From Planctomycetota bacterium (GTDB lineage Bacteria; Planctomycetota; UBA8108; SXIK01), in the NCBI GenBank assembly GCA_965223845.1, contig CBDCXR010000004.1:6272001-6336000 (forward strand): DNA of 64,000 bases, in the 5' to 3' direction. Made by a program: the position numbers and the translations under genes. Shown one piece after another: positions 1 through 10,226 of this stretch. Under the pieces are notes generated by a model, which saw only the letters and a program-made list of their open reading frames with translations, did no database searches and was not told the DNA's origin. How positions within the stretch are numbered: the stretch's first letter is position 1; each line of letters starts with the position of its first letter.

Positions 1-47
1 CTTCCTCCGGCGAGCTCGAGTTACGCGATCTTCCGGAAAGGAATTCC

Positions 48-773
48 ATGACGACGATCGAGACGAGACCCGCGCGGTGGCTCACCGCGGCCCTCGCGAT
101 CGCGCTCGCCGCTCCCGCGGCGTGGGCGGGCGACGAGAAGGAGGGTAAGGCGAAGGGAAAAGACAAAACGAAGACCGCCGCGACCGTCCACGGCTTCAAA
201 GTGAAGACGATCGACGGGAAGAAGTTCGATCTGCGGACGCTCAAGGGTCGCGTCCTCATGCTCGTCAACGTCGCGAGCCGGTGAGGCCTCACGGACAAGC
301 AGTACTCGAGTCTCGAGTCGCTCCACCGCAAGTACAAAGATCGTGGCCTCGATGTCCTCGCCTTCCCCGCCAACAACTTCGGCGGGCAGGAGCCGGGAAC
401 GAACCTCCAGATCAGGGAGTTCTGCGCGAAGAAGAACGTTTCCTTCCGTCTCTTCGAGAAGATCTCCGTGAAGGGCGAGGACGCGCATCCGCTCTATAGG
501 TTCATCACCAACGAGAAGATGCACCCGAAGACGGGCGGCGACGTGAGGTGGAACTTTCAAAAGTTCCTCGTCGGTGCGGACGGTAAGGTCCTCGCTCGCT
601 TCGAGCCGCGTGAAGATCCCCTCGGCGAGAAAGTGCTCGCGAAGCTCGAGGACGCGCTGAAGAGCGTTCCGGAAGAGAAGCGCCCGGCCGACAGCGTTAA
701 GCCCAAGAAAGCCGAGGGAAAGGACAAGAAGAAGGCGGAGAAGGAGAAGACGGCCGGCGGGAAGAAGGACTAG
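48..773 (+). CDS. gpx: Glutathione peroxidase, selenocysteine-containing (UGA at 282-284), with signal peptide
   Basis: ORFs 48..284 and 468..773 are in the same frame. Read-through gives VNVASR-U-GLT..QY...VLAFPANNFGGQEPG...WNFQKFLV, the GPx signature with UGA exactly at the catalytic Cys/Sec position. N-terminal signal peptide (…APAAWA), Lys-rich tail. Confidence 0.92.
304..318 (+). promoter_or_regulatory. Candidate bacterial SECIS hairpin
   Basis: ACTCG-AGTCT-CGAGT stem-loop; the loop starts about 25 nt after the UGA and has GU near its 5' side, fitting the bacterial SECIS geometry. Confidence 0.55.
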
Positions 774-790
774 ACCGAGGGAGATCGGTC

Positions 791-836
791 CCGGGGGCGA
801 GCGGTGCTGCGAAGGCACGGTTCGCCCCCGGTTTTT
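791..836 (+). terminator. Rho-independent terminator after gpx
   Basis: CCGGGGGCGA (791-800) pairs with TCGCCCCCGG (822-831), followed by TTTTT. Confidence 0.75.
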
Positions 837-859
837 CGTTCAAGAGTGGAGCCGGATCG

Positions 860-1336
860 ATGACTGAGACGCGGCTCACGCGCTCCGCCTACGAGGCGAT
901 GGCGGCCCGCGCGCGCGCGGACTACCCGGAAGAGACCTGTGGTTTCGTGTTCTCGAGCGGCGACGAGCTCCTCGTCGTCCCGATGGAGAATATTCAGAAC
1001 CGCCTCCACGCCGAGGATCCGGAGACCCACCCGCGCACGGCGCGGCGAGCGTACTGCTTCGACCCGGTCGAAATGCAGCGTGTCATGGACGCGCACGAGG
1101 CGGCGGAACGGCCGCTCCGCTGCATCTACCATTCGCATCCGGACGAAGACTCCTACTTCTCCGAAACGGACAGCGCCGCGGCCGCTCCATTCGGCGAGCC
1201 GAGCTACCCGGACGTCGTCCACCTCGTCTTCAGCGTGCGCGAAGGCAAGGTCGTCGATCTGAAAGCGTTCGACTGGTCGGCGGACGAGGAGAGGTTCGTC
1301 GAGGCTCCGCTCGTCGTGACCGACGCGCCCGACTGA
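860..1336 (+). CDS. JAMM/MPN+ (Mov34, M67) metallopeptidase, Mec-like
   Basis: YPEETCG upstream Glu and the HSHPD..SYFSETD JAMM motif. Confidence 0.88.
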   Translation: MTETRLTRSAYEAMAARARADYPEETCGFVFSSGDELLVVPMENIQNRLHAEDPETHPRTARRAYCFDPVEMQRVMDAHEAAERPLRCIYHSHPDEDSYFSETDSAAAAPFGEPSYPDVVHLVFSVREGKVVDLKAFDWSADEERFVEAPLVVTDAPD

Positions 1337-1673
1337 CGACCGACTCGACGCGAGAGCGTTGTCTCGAATTCGTGCATCCGGGCGACATGACGTGTCGGCT
1401 GCCTGGCGTCCGGCGAGACGCCGCCGCGACCTAAATCGCGGCGAGCGCACCGTTATCGACACTCGAGTCCCGCCGTGCCGATTCTCCGGGACCGTCCGAG
1501 TTCTACCCGACGCGCCCTGGGGAACTTACGTCGACCGCGCGGGTGCCTTCAGGTCGGTTGGCAGCATCGCGTCGGCGATGGAACACTTGACGGGGAAACG
1601 TGATCGAGTGGTCGATTCGTTTGCGCGAGCACTCTCGTCGCGCGGGGTAGGCATCGAATTGAGGACCGCGATC

Positions 1674-2348
1674 ATGAACCGAATCCGTTTTCGTCTCGAG
1701 CGCGAGAGGGGCTTCACGCTGATCGAGACCACTATCGTGTTCGGCGTCTCCATCGTGTTCCTCGCCGGGGTCGTCACCGCGTTCTCTGGCCTTCAGGGCG
1801 CGGTGGTCGAAGGCCAGACAATCTCGGAGCTTCAGCTTCGCTCCCAGCGCGCGCTCGATCGGATCGTGACGGCGGCGAGCCAAGCGCTGACGACCGACAG
1901 CGAGTTCTCGGCGCTCAAGCCGAACACCGGAGTCGACTCCCACTGCTTGCGATTCCGGCTTCTCGACTCCGTCGATCCGCTGACCGGCGCCCTCGTCTTC
2001 AACGGCGACAACGTCTACATCTACGGCCCCGACAGCGGCGCGAACCCCTCGGCCGGCCTCGTGATGGGCCGCGGCACGAGCCTCGCAAACGTCCACGGAA
2101 ACGGGAGCGGGTCGGACGGCGTTCTCGGAACGAGGGACGACAACACCGGAGCGATGACGAACGGTGTCCCGGTCGTCGAACTCCTCATCCCCGATACGTT
2201 CGCACCGCAGACGGGGACGATGTTCGAGGTCGACGTGAACGGGCGCCTGCTCACGTTCACGCTTCGTGTGAACGCCCAAGACGCGAACGGGCAGTTCATT
2301 CTCCCCCAAGATCTCGTCTTTACCGAGCGCGTCGCGCTTCGACGCTAA
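1674..2348 (+). CDS. Type IV prepilin-like protein (PilW-like minor pilin)
   Basis: Start moved to MNRIRFRLERERG^FTLIE; class III signal peptide followed by a hydrophobic helix. Confidence 0.8.
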   Translation: MNRIRFRLERERGFTLIETTIVFGVSIVFLAGVVTAFSGLQGAVVEGQTISELQLRSQRALDRIVTAASQALTTDSEFSALKPNTGVDSHCLRFRLLDSVDPLTGALVFNGDNVYIYGPDSGANPSAGLVMGRGTSLANVHGNGSGSDGVLGTRDDNTGAMTNGVPVVELLIPDTFAPQTGTMFEVDVNGRLLTFTLRVNAQDANGQFILPQDLVFTERVALRR

Positions 2349-2378
2349 ACGTAGGTTCATCGTCGCGGAGGCAATTCT

Positions 2379-2906
2379 GTGAGCACCAGCCCGTTCCGAG
2401 CACGATTCGACTCCACGACCGGCCTCACTCTGGTCGAGGTGACGGTCGCGATCACCGTGTTCGTCGTTACGGCGCTCGGGGTCGGAGCCGCGCTTACGGA
2501 CGGGATCCAGCACCGGCAGCAGTCGTTTCAGATCTACCAGGGGCTGAACGTTCTCCGCGACATCGTCGCCGAGGTGCAAAACACCGCGAACCTTCCGCAG
2601 AACCTCGTCGCCCAGGAGGGCATCGGTGCGATCTACGACGTCTATCAAGGTCAGACGCGCGCCGTGCCGAATCTGCCCAACGCTCAGGTCGTCATCACCT
2701 GCTTTCCGAGCGAAGCTTCCGTTCCACTCGAGCTCGGCGGTCCGCAGGATCTCAACTTCGATGGCGACGCCGTCGACGACCTCGGCAACATCTCGAACGG
2801 AAGTGATCTCAAGATCGTCCCGATGATGTTCACGCTCACGATGGGCACGGGAAAGACGAGCCAGACGATCACGTTTCACCGATTGATTACGAAGACGACC
2901 GATTGA
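2379..2906 (+). CDS. Type IV prepilin-like protein (PilV-like minor pilin)
   Basis: G^LTLVEVTVAITVFVV prepilin cleavage/methylation motif; GGAGG RBS upstream. Confidence 0.8.
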   Translation: MSTSPFRARFDSTTGLTLVEVTVAITVFVVTALGVGAALTDGIQHRQQSFQIYQGLNVLRDIVAEVQNTANLPQNLVAQEGIGAIYDVYQGQTRAVPNLPNAQVVITCFPSEASVPLELGGPQDLNFDGDAVDDLGNISNGSDLKIVPMMFTLTMGTGKTSQTITFHRLITKTTD

Positions 2907-2937
2907 CGAATCGAAGCGAGAGAGAGGGGGCCATCCG

Positions 2938-4392
2938 ATGATCAAGTTCCACCCGATGGCGCGGGGGGCGAAGAGCGACCGACCGACTCGTCTCGGCCCG
3001 TTCGACTCCGACCTCCGACAGCGCGGCGCAGCTCTTCTCGTGGCCGTGGTGTTCGGGATCGGACTCCTGTCCATCGCCGCGCTCACGCTCCAGCTCTCGC
3101 TCGCGCACGCCGCGACGGGCAAGGGGCAGCGTGAGCTCTTCTTCGCCCGGCAGATCGCCGATTCCGGGGCGGCGCAGGCGCTCGCTCTGATGAAGGAAGG
3201 CGGGGCGGTTGCCCCGACTTCGGGCGGCTGGGTGTCGTTCTCGATCGGCGACTTTCTCTACGACACCTCGACGGATCCCGCGACGCGGATGAGCGTCGTC
3301 CGCGCGTGGGGACGAGTCGCGGTCGAGGCGTCGACGAGCTCGAGCACGGTCGCACCGGACGATCCGAGCTGGGATGGAACGGGATGGCTCGTGCGCGGCG
3401 TCGAGGTTACGGTCCAGGGCGTCGCGTTCATCCCGGAGTCGGCCGTGTACTTCGGGAACGGCGGCGTCGAGCGACCCCAGAACGGATTCGAGTGGACCGG
3501 AGGGTCCGACCTCACCGATCCGTCGACCTGGGGTACGGTGACGAGCTCGCCCTCGTCGTGGCAGGCGGCTTCGGTTCCCTTCGAAGCGAGTGCGCTCGAT
3601 CACCCGATCGACTACCTGACGACTCTCGCCGCGCCGCCGCCGGCCACGTCGAATCCGCACCCGTATCAAGTGTGGTCGTCGCAGACGACGATCGGCCAGG
3701 CGAACACCGAGGCCTGGTTCAATTCCTCGGCCGGAGGTGGCTCGGCAATGTCGGGAGTCGCGCCTTCGACCGCGTACTACTCGAGCGATCCGACGTCGCC
3801 CGATTACGCGTTCCCCGTCGACTCGTCCGTACCGGACGTTCAGGATTTCGGCTGGACGCTCTGGAACGAGAACTCGACGAATCCGAGTGCGACCATGCTA
3901 TCGAGTGGAAGCCACAGCGGCACCTTCGGCGATTTGACGAGTCCGGGCGTGACCTTCGTCACCGGCGAGCTCGATGTCGCCTCGGGTACGACGTTCGAGG
4001 GCGCGGGGATCCTCGTCATCCGCGACGACTACGATCCGAACGTCGATACGAACAACACGCCGTCGGACCGCGCCCTCATGACGATCTCCGGGACGTTCAA
4101 GTGGACGGGGCTCGTCATCATCGCGGGGTGGGCGCCGAACATCACCGTCAACCCGGGCGGCGACGCGACGATCGTCGGGTCTCTCTTCGGCGAAGACAGC
4201 GTGCAGTCCGGAGGCGAGATCAGCCTCGACAGCGCCACGATCATTTTCCGCGTCGAAGATTCGATGAAAGTCCTCTACTCGAACGCACTCTTTGCGCCGG
4301 GAGGACCGATCAACCAGTTTCTTCCCGCGGTGACGAAGCAGATCCGCGGCGTCCGCGAAATCACGTCCACGTCGTTCGCGAGCACGTATTGA
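2938..4392 (+). CDS. PilX-like minor pilin with large S/T/G-rich domain
   Basis: QRG^AALLVAVVFG (no Glu5, PilX/GspK type), A..IADSGAAQAL motif, third gene of the pilin cluster. Confidence 0.72.
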   Translation: MIKFHPMARGAKSDRPTRLGPFDSDLRQRGAALLVAVVFGIGLLSIAALTLQLSLAHAATGKGQRELFFARQIADSGAAQALALMKEGGAVAPTSGGWVSFSIGDFLYDTSTDPATRMSVVRAWGRVAVEASTSSSTVAPDDPSWDGTGWLVRGVEVTVQGVAFIPESAVYFGNGGVERPQNGFEWTGGSDLTDPSTWGTVTSSPSSWQAASVPFEASALDHPIDYLTTLAAPPPATSNPHPYQVWSSQTTIGQANTEAWFNSSAGGGSAMSGVAPSTAYYSSDPTSPDYAFPVDSSVPDVQDFGWTLWNENSTNPSATMLSSGSHSGTFGDLTSPGVTFVTGELDVASGTTFEGAGILVIRDDYDPNVDTNNTPSDRALMTISGTFKWTGLVIIAGWAPNITVNPGGDATIVGSLFGEDSVQSGGEISLDSATIIFRVEDSMKVLYSNALFAPGGPINQFLPAVTKQIRGVREITSTSFASTY

Positions 4393-4459
4393 AGCAGCCG
4401 GGGACCGACGGTCCGAAGACCTCCGCGTCGTGATCTACCAAGCGATGGAACGAACGTAC

Positions 4460-5626
4460 ATGATCCGCCGAAAAGCCGTGTTTGCTGCTCTGATCGTCAG
4501 TGCTTTCGCCGTGGTGCCCGCTACTGCGCAAGTGAAGATCGACTCGACGCTCGCCGAGCTCGAGCGGGTGGTTCAGGGACTCGAGAATGTCGAGTCGGCG
4601 ATCGCGAAGGCGTGGCCGACGCGGGACCGGGACACGGCGAACGAGCTGACGAGGCCGCCCCAAACCGACGAATTGTTCACGAAGCTGGACCGGCTGAATG
4701 TGCGCCGAAGCGCGTTGATCCTCAGACTCCAGTACGCAGCGAACGACCGTCGCTCGATCAAGTCACAGGCGCGCGGAGCCGTGCCGGGGGAATTGATCGC
4801 GGCGCTGAGACGAGCGCGGGATCTAGCGTTCGTCGAAGCGCTCGTCGAAGCGGCTGGTCCGGACGCGATCAAGTCGCCGGAGTTCGTCGCCGTTCTCTTG
4901 CGGCAAGCGAAGCGCCACGCGCCGTGCCCAGGGTTCCTCGCCGACCTGCTCGCGAAAGCGCGATCGCGCGAGGCGGGTGCGTTTCTCGCGGCGGAAGGGG
5001 CTCGCACGAAGAGTCTCCGGCTCCTCAAGTCGGCCGGAGATACCGGCGATCCCGCGGTGATCGGAAGTCTCATCCGGTGTGCGAAGAGCCGGGATCGAGA
5101 ACTTTCTCGTGCGGCGCTGGACGCCCTCGCCCGCATCGTGCCGCCTGCCGCTCGGGATCCGGAGCTCGAGCCGCTCGTTCGGAGAGCCGTCCAAACGACT
5201 CGTTCTCCGGAGCTGAAGGCCACGCTCGTCGCCTATCTCGCGCAGACGCGGAATCCCGAGAACGCCGGTTTCTTCCGCCAACTCTACGAGCGGGAGAGGG
5301 GAACGACGATCGGGCTCGCCGCGGTCGGAGCACTCGGCATGCTCGGCGAGACCGAAGCGAGCTTTCTCCTCGAGGAATGCCGCCGGCTCGACACTCCACC
5401 CCGCGCCCGCGAGGCCTGCATTCGGGCGCTCGGGGCGGCGCGCTACAAGCTCGCGGTGCCGCATCTCATCGATTGCCTCGCGGATCCCGACGTCGAGCGG
5501 GCGGCGCGGCGATCGCTCCGGCAGATCGCCGGCCGCGACATCGGGCCGGGAGTCGGACCTTGGCTTCGCTGGTGGCGTACTCAACCCGAGGCCGGGCCCG
5601 ACGCGCGGGATCCCGACGATCTCTGA
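4460..5626 (+). CDS. Exported HEAT-repeat protein
   Basis: Signal peptide (…PATA^Q); HEAT-like repeats (AALDALAR, AVGALGMLG, AVPHLIDCLADPDVERAARRSL); C-terminal WxxWW. Start may be 4430. Confidence 0.7.
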   Translation: MIRRKAVFAALIVSAFAVVPATAQVKIDSTLAELERVVQGLENVESAIAKAWPTRDRDTANELTRPPQTDELFTKLDRLNVRRSALILRLQYAANDRRSIKSQARGAVPGELIAALRRARDLAFVEALVEAAGPDAIKSPEFVAVLLRQAKRHAPCPGFLADLLAKARSREAGAFLAAEGARTKSLRLLKSAGDTGDPAVIGSLIRCAKSRDRELSRAALDALARIVPPAARDPELEPLVRRAVQTTRSPELKATLVAYLAQTRNPENAGFFRQLYERERGTTIGLAAVGALGMLGETEASFLLEECRRLDTPPRAREACIRALGAARYKLAVPHLIDCLADPDVERAARRSLRQIAGRDIGPGVGPWLRWWRTQPEAGPDARDPDDL

Positions 5627-5644
5627 GAGATCTCCAGCCTACGC

Positions 5645-6274
5645 CTAGGCCGTGACGGGTTCCGCCGGCTCCGCTTCCGCGACGGGGGTCGTCGCGGCGA
5701 CCTCGACGGGACCGAATCGCCGCTGGTACTCGGCGTCGCACGCTTCGATCTCGGCGAGGACGCGGTCGACGTGGTCGTGGTCGGCAAAGCTCGACGTCGG
5801 CGCGCTCAGAATCGCTCGCGCCTCCTCGAGGACCGTCTGCTGCGCCTTCACGCGGCCGGTGAAGGTTTCGACGGCGCGGCTGACCTGGTCGGCTACGTCT
5901 TGAAGCTCGTCGTTCGCTCGGACCTGACATTTCCGGTCCCAGCGTCCGTCGACGAGACCGGTCAGGAACTGACTGATGCGATGGAGAGGGCCGCAAAACT
6001 TGAACGACTGGTAGATCGCGACCGCGATGCAGATCGGAATCGCGATGACGAGCGTCTGCGCGAAGGACTTGAGAAGGATCGAAGGGATGCGATCCATCTG
6101 GTTCGCCGGGCCCTGCTGAACGAGAAGCCAATGGTTTACGAGGGCGAGCTGAAAGCTGATGAGGAGCGCGAAGATCGTCACGAACAGCGTTTGCAGCACC
6201 GTCTTCAGCTGTAGGTCCGGCCGGATCCACTTCCGGTTGCGTCGGGGACCTCGGTATCTTCTCGTGTCACTCAC
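5645..6274 (-). CDS. Two-TM HAMP-like domain membrane protein
   Basis: Two hydrophobic helices, then GPLHRI...G.W...RANDELQDVAD HAMP-like segment and a coiled coil. GTG start at 6274 chosen. Confidence 0.65.
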   Translation of the reverse strand: MSDTRRYRGPRRNRKWIRPDLQLKTVLQTLFVTIFALLISFQLALVNHWLLVQQGPANQMDRIPSILLKSFAQTLVIAIPICIAVAIYQSFKFCGPLHRISQFLTGLVDGRWDRKCQVRANDELQDVADQVSRAVETFTGRVKAQQTVLEEARAILSAPTSSFADHDHVDRVLAEIEACDAEYQRRFGPVEVAATTPVAEAEPAEPVTA

Positions 6275-6431
6275 GGTGGTGCGCCCTCGGGGGTCGGTAG
6301 CGTTGGGGTTGTGGGGCAAGTAGACAGCATTCGTCTATCGGCGTTTGCTCTGTCGTCTATTCAGTGGACGAGCGCCCCAACGTGCCGCAGGAACGTTTCC
6401 GGCCCTGCGGCGATGGTGCTCGCGATCGCCC

Positions 6432-9400
6432 TCAACGCGTCCTACGAGCGAGCTCTTCCTTCCAGGAATAGAGCGTCGGCACGATGAAGACCGTAATGAG
6501 GGCGACCAGCATCCCCCCGAAGGTCGGGATCGCCATCGGCACCATGACGTCCGATCCACGCCCGGTCGACGTGAGTATCGGAACGAGCGCGAGGATCGTC
6601 GTGCCGACGGTCATGAGGCACGGGCGGATCCGCCGCTTCCCGGCTTCGACGACCGCTTCGCGGATCTGGTCGCGAGTCTGAGGATCCCGGGCGTCGAAAA
6701 CTTGCTTCAGGTAAGTACCGTTGATGACGCCGTCGTCGGTCGCGATGCCGAAGAGCGCGAGGAATCCGACCCACACCGCGACCGAGAGGTTGTAGGGACG
6801 GACGTGAAAGAGCTCGCGCAGGTTGGCGCCGAAGACCGAAACGTCGAGGAACCAATCCTCGCCGTAGAGCCAGAGCAGGAGAAAGCCGCCGCTCCAGGCG
6901 ACGAAAACGCCGCTGAAGACGATGAGGCTCGTCGCGACGGACCGAAACTGGAGATAGAGGATGAGGAGGATGATCGCGAGCGCGACCGGGATGACGAGGC
7001 GGAGGCGTCGCTCGGAGCGGATCTGGTGCTCGTAGCTCCCGGCGAAGCGGTAGGTGACTCCCTGCGGGCGCGTAAGGCGACCCTCGCGCTCCGCCGCGGC
7101 GAGGTGGGCCTTCGCCTCCTCGACAACGTCGACCTCCGCCGCGCCGTCGATCTTGTCGAAGGTGACGTAGGCGACGAGCTGGGTGTCTTCGCCCTTGATC
7201 ACCATGGGGCCGGGTCGGTACTCGATGCGCGCGAGCTGGCCGATCGGGATGTGCGCACCGGTGGGCGTCGGAACGAGGATCTTCGCCATCGACTCGATGC
7301 TGTCGCGGAGCTCGCGGAGGTATCGAACACGTACGGGATAGCGTTCGCGTCCTTCGAACGTCGTCGTAAGCGCCCGCCCTCCGATCGCGACCTCGACGAC
7401 GTCCTGAATCTGCCGCACGGAGATGCCGTAACGTGCAATCGCTTTTCGGTCGATCTCGAACTCGAGGTAGGGCTTCCCGATCACACGGTCGGCGTTCACC
7501 GTTCCCGGGCGAATCGACGGGACGCGGCGGAGGAGGGCCTCGATTTCGAGCGCGGCCGACGAGAGCGCCGCGAGATCCGGACCGAACACCTTGACGCCGA
7601 GCGGCGCACGCATCCCGGTCTGAAGCATGACGAGGCGCGTTTCGATGGGCTGGAGCTTCGGCGCAGACGTCGAGCCCGGGATCTTCGCGACGCGCTCGAT
7701 CTCGCGCCAAATATCGTCTTCCGTGCGGATCTCATCCCGCCACTGGCGGTAGGGCTTCCCCTCCGGATCCTCGATCAGCTCTCCGCGTGAATCCCGGACG
7801 AATTCGCCCTCGTGCGTGACCTTGAATCGGCGGGGTCGTCCGTCGCCGTCGAGCGCGTACTCCGGCTTGTACGTGATGATCGTCTCCACCATCGAGAGCG
7901 GCGCGGGATCGAGTGCGCTCTCGGCGCGGCCGATCTTTCCGACCACGAGCTCGACCTCGGGGAGGCTTCGGATCGCGAGGTCTTGCTTGCGGAGCGCGTC
8001 CATCGCTTCGCCGATCGAAGCGTGCGGCATCGTCGTCGGCATGTAGAGGAAGGATCCCTCCGAGAGGCGCGGCATGAATTCTTCGCCGAGACCGGGGAAG
8101 GTTCGCTCGAGGAAACGCCACGGCGCCGACCCGCGCGCCGCGTCTTCGTCGACTCCGACGAGCGCGAGCGCGCGCGGTACGAATCCGAAAACGGCCGGCG
8201 CCCCGAGCCAGATCGTGACACCGAGAAGAGCGACCGCGGCCGGCAGAGAGAGAAAGAGGAGCTTGTGCCGGAGGCACCACCGCAGGATCGGCTCGTAGAA
8301 GCGCGAAAAGATCGCGATCACGAAGTACACCGAACCGAGGATGAGCGCGACGAAGACGAGATTCCGCGCGAATCCGCGCCCGACTCCGAGCGGGAGCCAG
8401 TGCTCGGTGAGGAACGCGAGGCCGATCGCGATCGCCCCGGCGACAGCCGCGCGCGGTCCCCAGCGCCGAACGAACGCGGGAAGCCGGCGCTCGACCAGAA
8501 ACCAGAGACCGAACGCGCTCGCAACGACGCCGAGCGGGAGCGAAACGCGAAGCGCGAGCCAGGCGCCTCCGACGAGTGTCGCGAGCGAAAGCCCCGCCCG
8601 GATCGCGGGGCGTCGTACCCGTCCCGCAAACAGTAGATGCGCGAGCGGCGGAAGAACGAAGACGGCGACGACGACCGAGCTCGCGAGGGCGAACGTCTTC
8701 GTGAACGCGAGCGGCCGGAAGAGCTTCCCCTCCGCCGCTTCCATCGTGAAAACAGGGAGAAAGCTGACGACCGTCGTGAGCACTGCGGTGAGGACCGCGC
8801 CGGCGACTTCGGTAGACGCACGGTACACCACCTCGAGCCGGCTCTCGTCGGGGGGAGCCTCCTCGAGTCGGCGGAGGACGTTCTCCGCGAGAACGACCCC
8901 CATGTCGACCATGGTGCCGATGGCGATCGCGATCCCGGAGAGCGCGACGATGTTCGCATCGACGCCGAATTCCTTCATCGCGATGAAGGAGAGCAGCACG
9001 GCGAGCGGGAGAACGCCCGAGATGAGGAGCGAGCTTCGGAGATGGAGCGCCATGAGAAGGACGACGATCATCGTCACTAAGATCTCGTCGGCGAGCGCCG
9101 AGCTCAGCGTTTCGAGCGTCTCGTAGATGAGTTCCGTCCGGTCGTAGAACGGGACGATCGTCACCTGGCTCACGGTGCCGTCGTCGAGGACCTTCGAGGG
9201 AAGCGCGGCCGAAATCTCGGCGATCCTTTCCTTGAGGCGCTGGATCGTTGCGAGGGGATTTTCGCCGTAGCGAACGGTGACGATGCCTCCGACCGCCTCG
9301 GTGCCCTCCTTGTCGAGCGCGCCGCGCCGAAACGCCGGTCCCTCGCTCACGAACGCGACGTCGCGGATGCTGATCGGGACGTTCTCGTTGACCTTGATCA

Positions 9401-10226
9401 CCGTGTCGCGAATGTCTTCGAGGCTCTCGAGAAAGCCGACTCCGCGGATGATGTACTCGACGCGGTTGATCTCGATCGTCCGTGCGCCCACGTCGACGTT
9501 CGACATCCGCACGGCGCGAAAGACCTGCTCGAGCGTCACTCCGTGCGCGCGCATCGCGTCGGGGTCGACGTCGATTTGATACTCGCGCACGAACCCGCCG
9601 ACGGACGCGACCTCGCTCACGCCCTCGACGGGCGCGAGCGCGAGGCGGACCTGCCAGTCCTGGATCGCGCGGAGCTCCTCGAGGTCCCAGCCGCCTGCGG
9701 GCCGGCCGTGCCGGTCGCGCCCCTCGAGCGTGTACTGATAGATTTGCCCGAGCGGCGTCGCGTCGGGCCCGAGCCGCGGCTGAACTCCCGGCGGGAGCGT
9801 CGAGCGCGGCAGGCTGCTCAGCTTCTCGAGTATGCGGACCCGCGACCAGTCGAACTCGGCGTCGTCGCGGAAGATCACGTAGACGCTCGAAAACCCGAAG
9901 TACGAGTAGCTCCGAACGGTCTTCACCTTCGGGATCCCGAGGAGCGACACGGTGAGGGGATAGGTGATCTGATCCTCGACGTCTTCCGGCGAGCGACCGG
10001 GCCACTCGGTGAAGACGATCTGCTGGTTCTCCCCGTAGTCGGGGATGGCGTCGACGGGGACGGGGTCGCGAGGGAGTCCGGCGACATCCCAGTCGAACGG
10101 CGCGACGAGTGCGCCCCAGAGCACGAAACCGGCGGTCACGAGCGCGACGACGAGCTTGTTCTCGAGGGCGAAGCGGATCGCGCGATCGAGTGGACCGCGC
10201 GCAGGCGCGTTATTCATTGCGATCAC
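6432..10226 (-). CDS. cusA: CusA/CzcA family heavy-metal efflux RND transporter
   Basis: VDAIPD..ENQQIVFTEWPG, GPDATPLGQIYQY, ALSGIAIAIGTMVD, RIRPCLMT motifs; 1264 aa. Confidence 0.93.
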   Translation of the reverse strand: MIAMNNAPARGPLDRAIRFALENKLVVALVTAGFVLWGALVAPFDWDVAGLPRDPVPVDAIPDYGENQQIVFTEWPGRSPEDVEDQITYPLTVSLLGIPKVKTVRSYSYFGFSSVYVIFRDDAEFDWSRVRILEKLSSLPRSTLPPGVQPRLGPDATPLGQIYQYTLEGRDRHGRPAGGWDLEELRAIQDWQVRLALAPVEGVSEVASVGGFVREYQIDVDPDAMRAHGVTLEQVFRAVRMSNVDVGARTIEINRVEYIIRGVGFLESLEDIRDTVIKVNENVPISIRDVAFVSEGPAFRRGALDKEGTEAVGGIVTVRYGENPLATIQRLKERIAEISAALPSKVLDDGTVSQVTIVPFYDRTELIYETLETLSSALADEILVTMIVVLLMALHLRSSLLISGVLPLAVLLSFIAMKEFGVDANIVALSGIAIAIGTMVDMGVVLAENVLRRLEEAPPDESRLEVVYRASTEVAGAVLTAVLTTVVSFLPVFTMEAAEGKLFRPLAFTKTFALASSVVVAVFVLPPLAHLLFAGRVRRPAIRAGLSLATLVGGAWLALRVSLPLGVVASAFGLWFLVERRLPAFVRRWGPRAAVAGAIAIGLAFLTEHWLPLGVGRGFARNLVFVALILGSVYFVIAIFSRFYEPILRWCLRHKLLFLSLPAAVALLGVTIWLGAPAVFGFVPRALALVGVDEDAARGSAPWRFLERTFPGLGEEFMPRLSEGSFLYMPTTMPHASIGEAMDALRKQDLAIRSLPEVELVVGKIGRAESALDPAPLSMVETIITYKPEYALDGDGRPRRFKVTHEGEFVRDSRGELIEDPEGKPYRQWRDEIRTEDDIWREIERVAKIPGSTSAPKLQPIETRLVMLQTGMRAPLGVKVFGPDLAALSSAALEIEALLRRVPSIRPGTVNADRVIGKPYLEFEIDRKAIARYGISVRQIQDVVEVAIGGRALTTTFEGRERYPVRVRYLRELRDSIESMAKILVPTPTGAHIPIGQLARIEYRPGPMVIKGEDTQLVAYVTFDKIDGAAEVDVVEEAKAHLAAAEREGRLTRPQGVTYRFAGSYEHQIRSERRLRLVIPVALAIILLILYLQFRSVATSLIVFSGVFVAWSGGFLLLWLYGEDWFLDVSVFGANLRELFHVRPYNLSVAVWVGFLALFGIATDDGVINGTYLKQVFDARDPQTRDQIREAVVEAGKRRIRPCLMTVGTTILALVPILTSTGRGSDVMVPMAIPTFGGMLVALITVFIVPTLYSWKEELARRTR

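Noticed and set aside
21-818. Long antisense and overlapping ORFs here and throughout (e.g. 1503..3122, 7732..10005, 18437..21274, 53237..55258)
   Set aside because: Arg/Ala/Gly-rich shadow frames expected in high-GC DNA, lying over well-supported genes.
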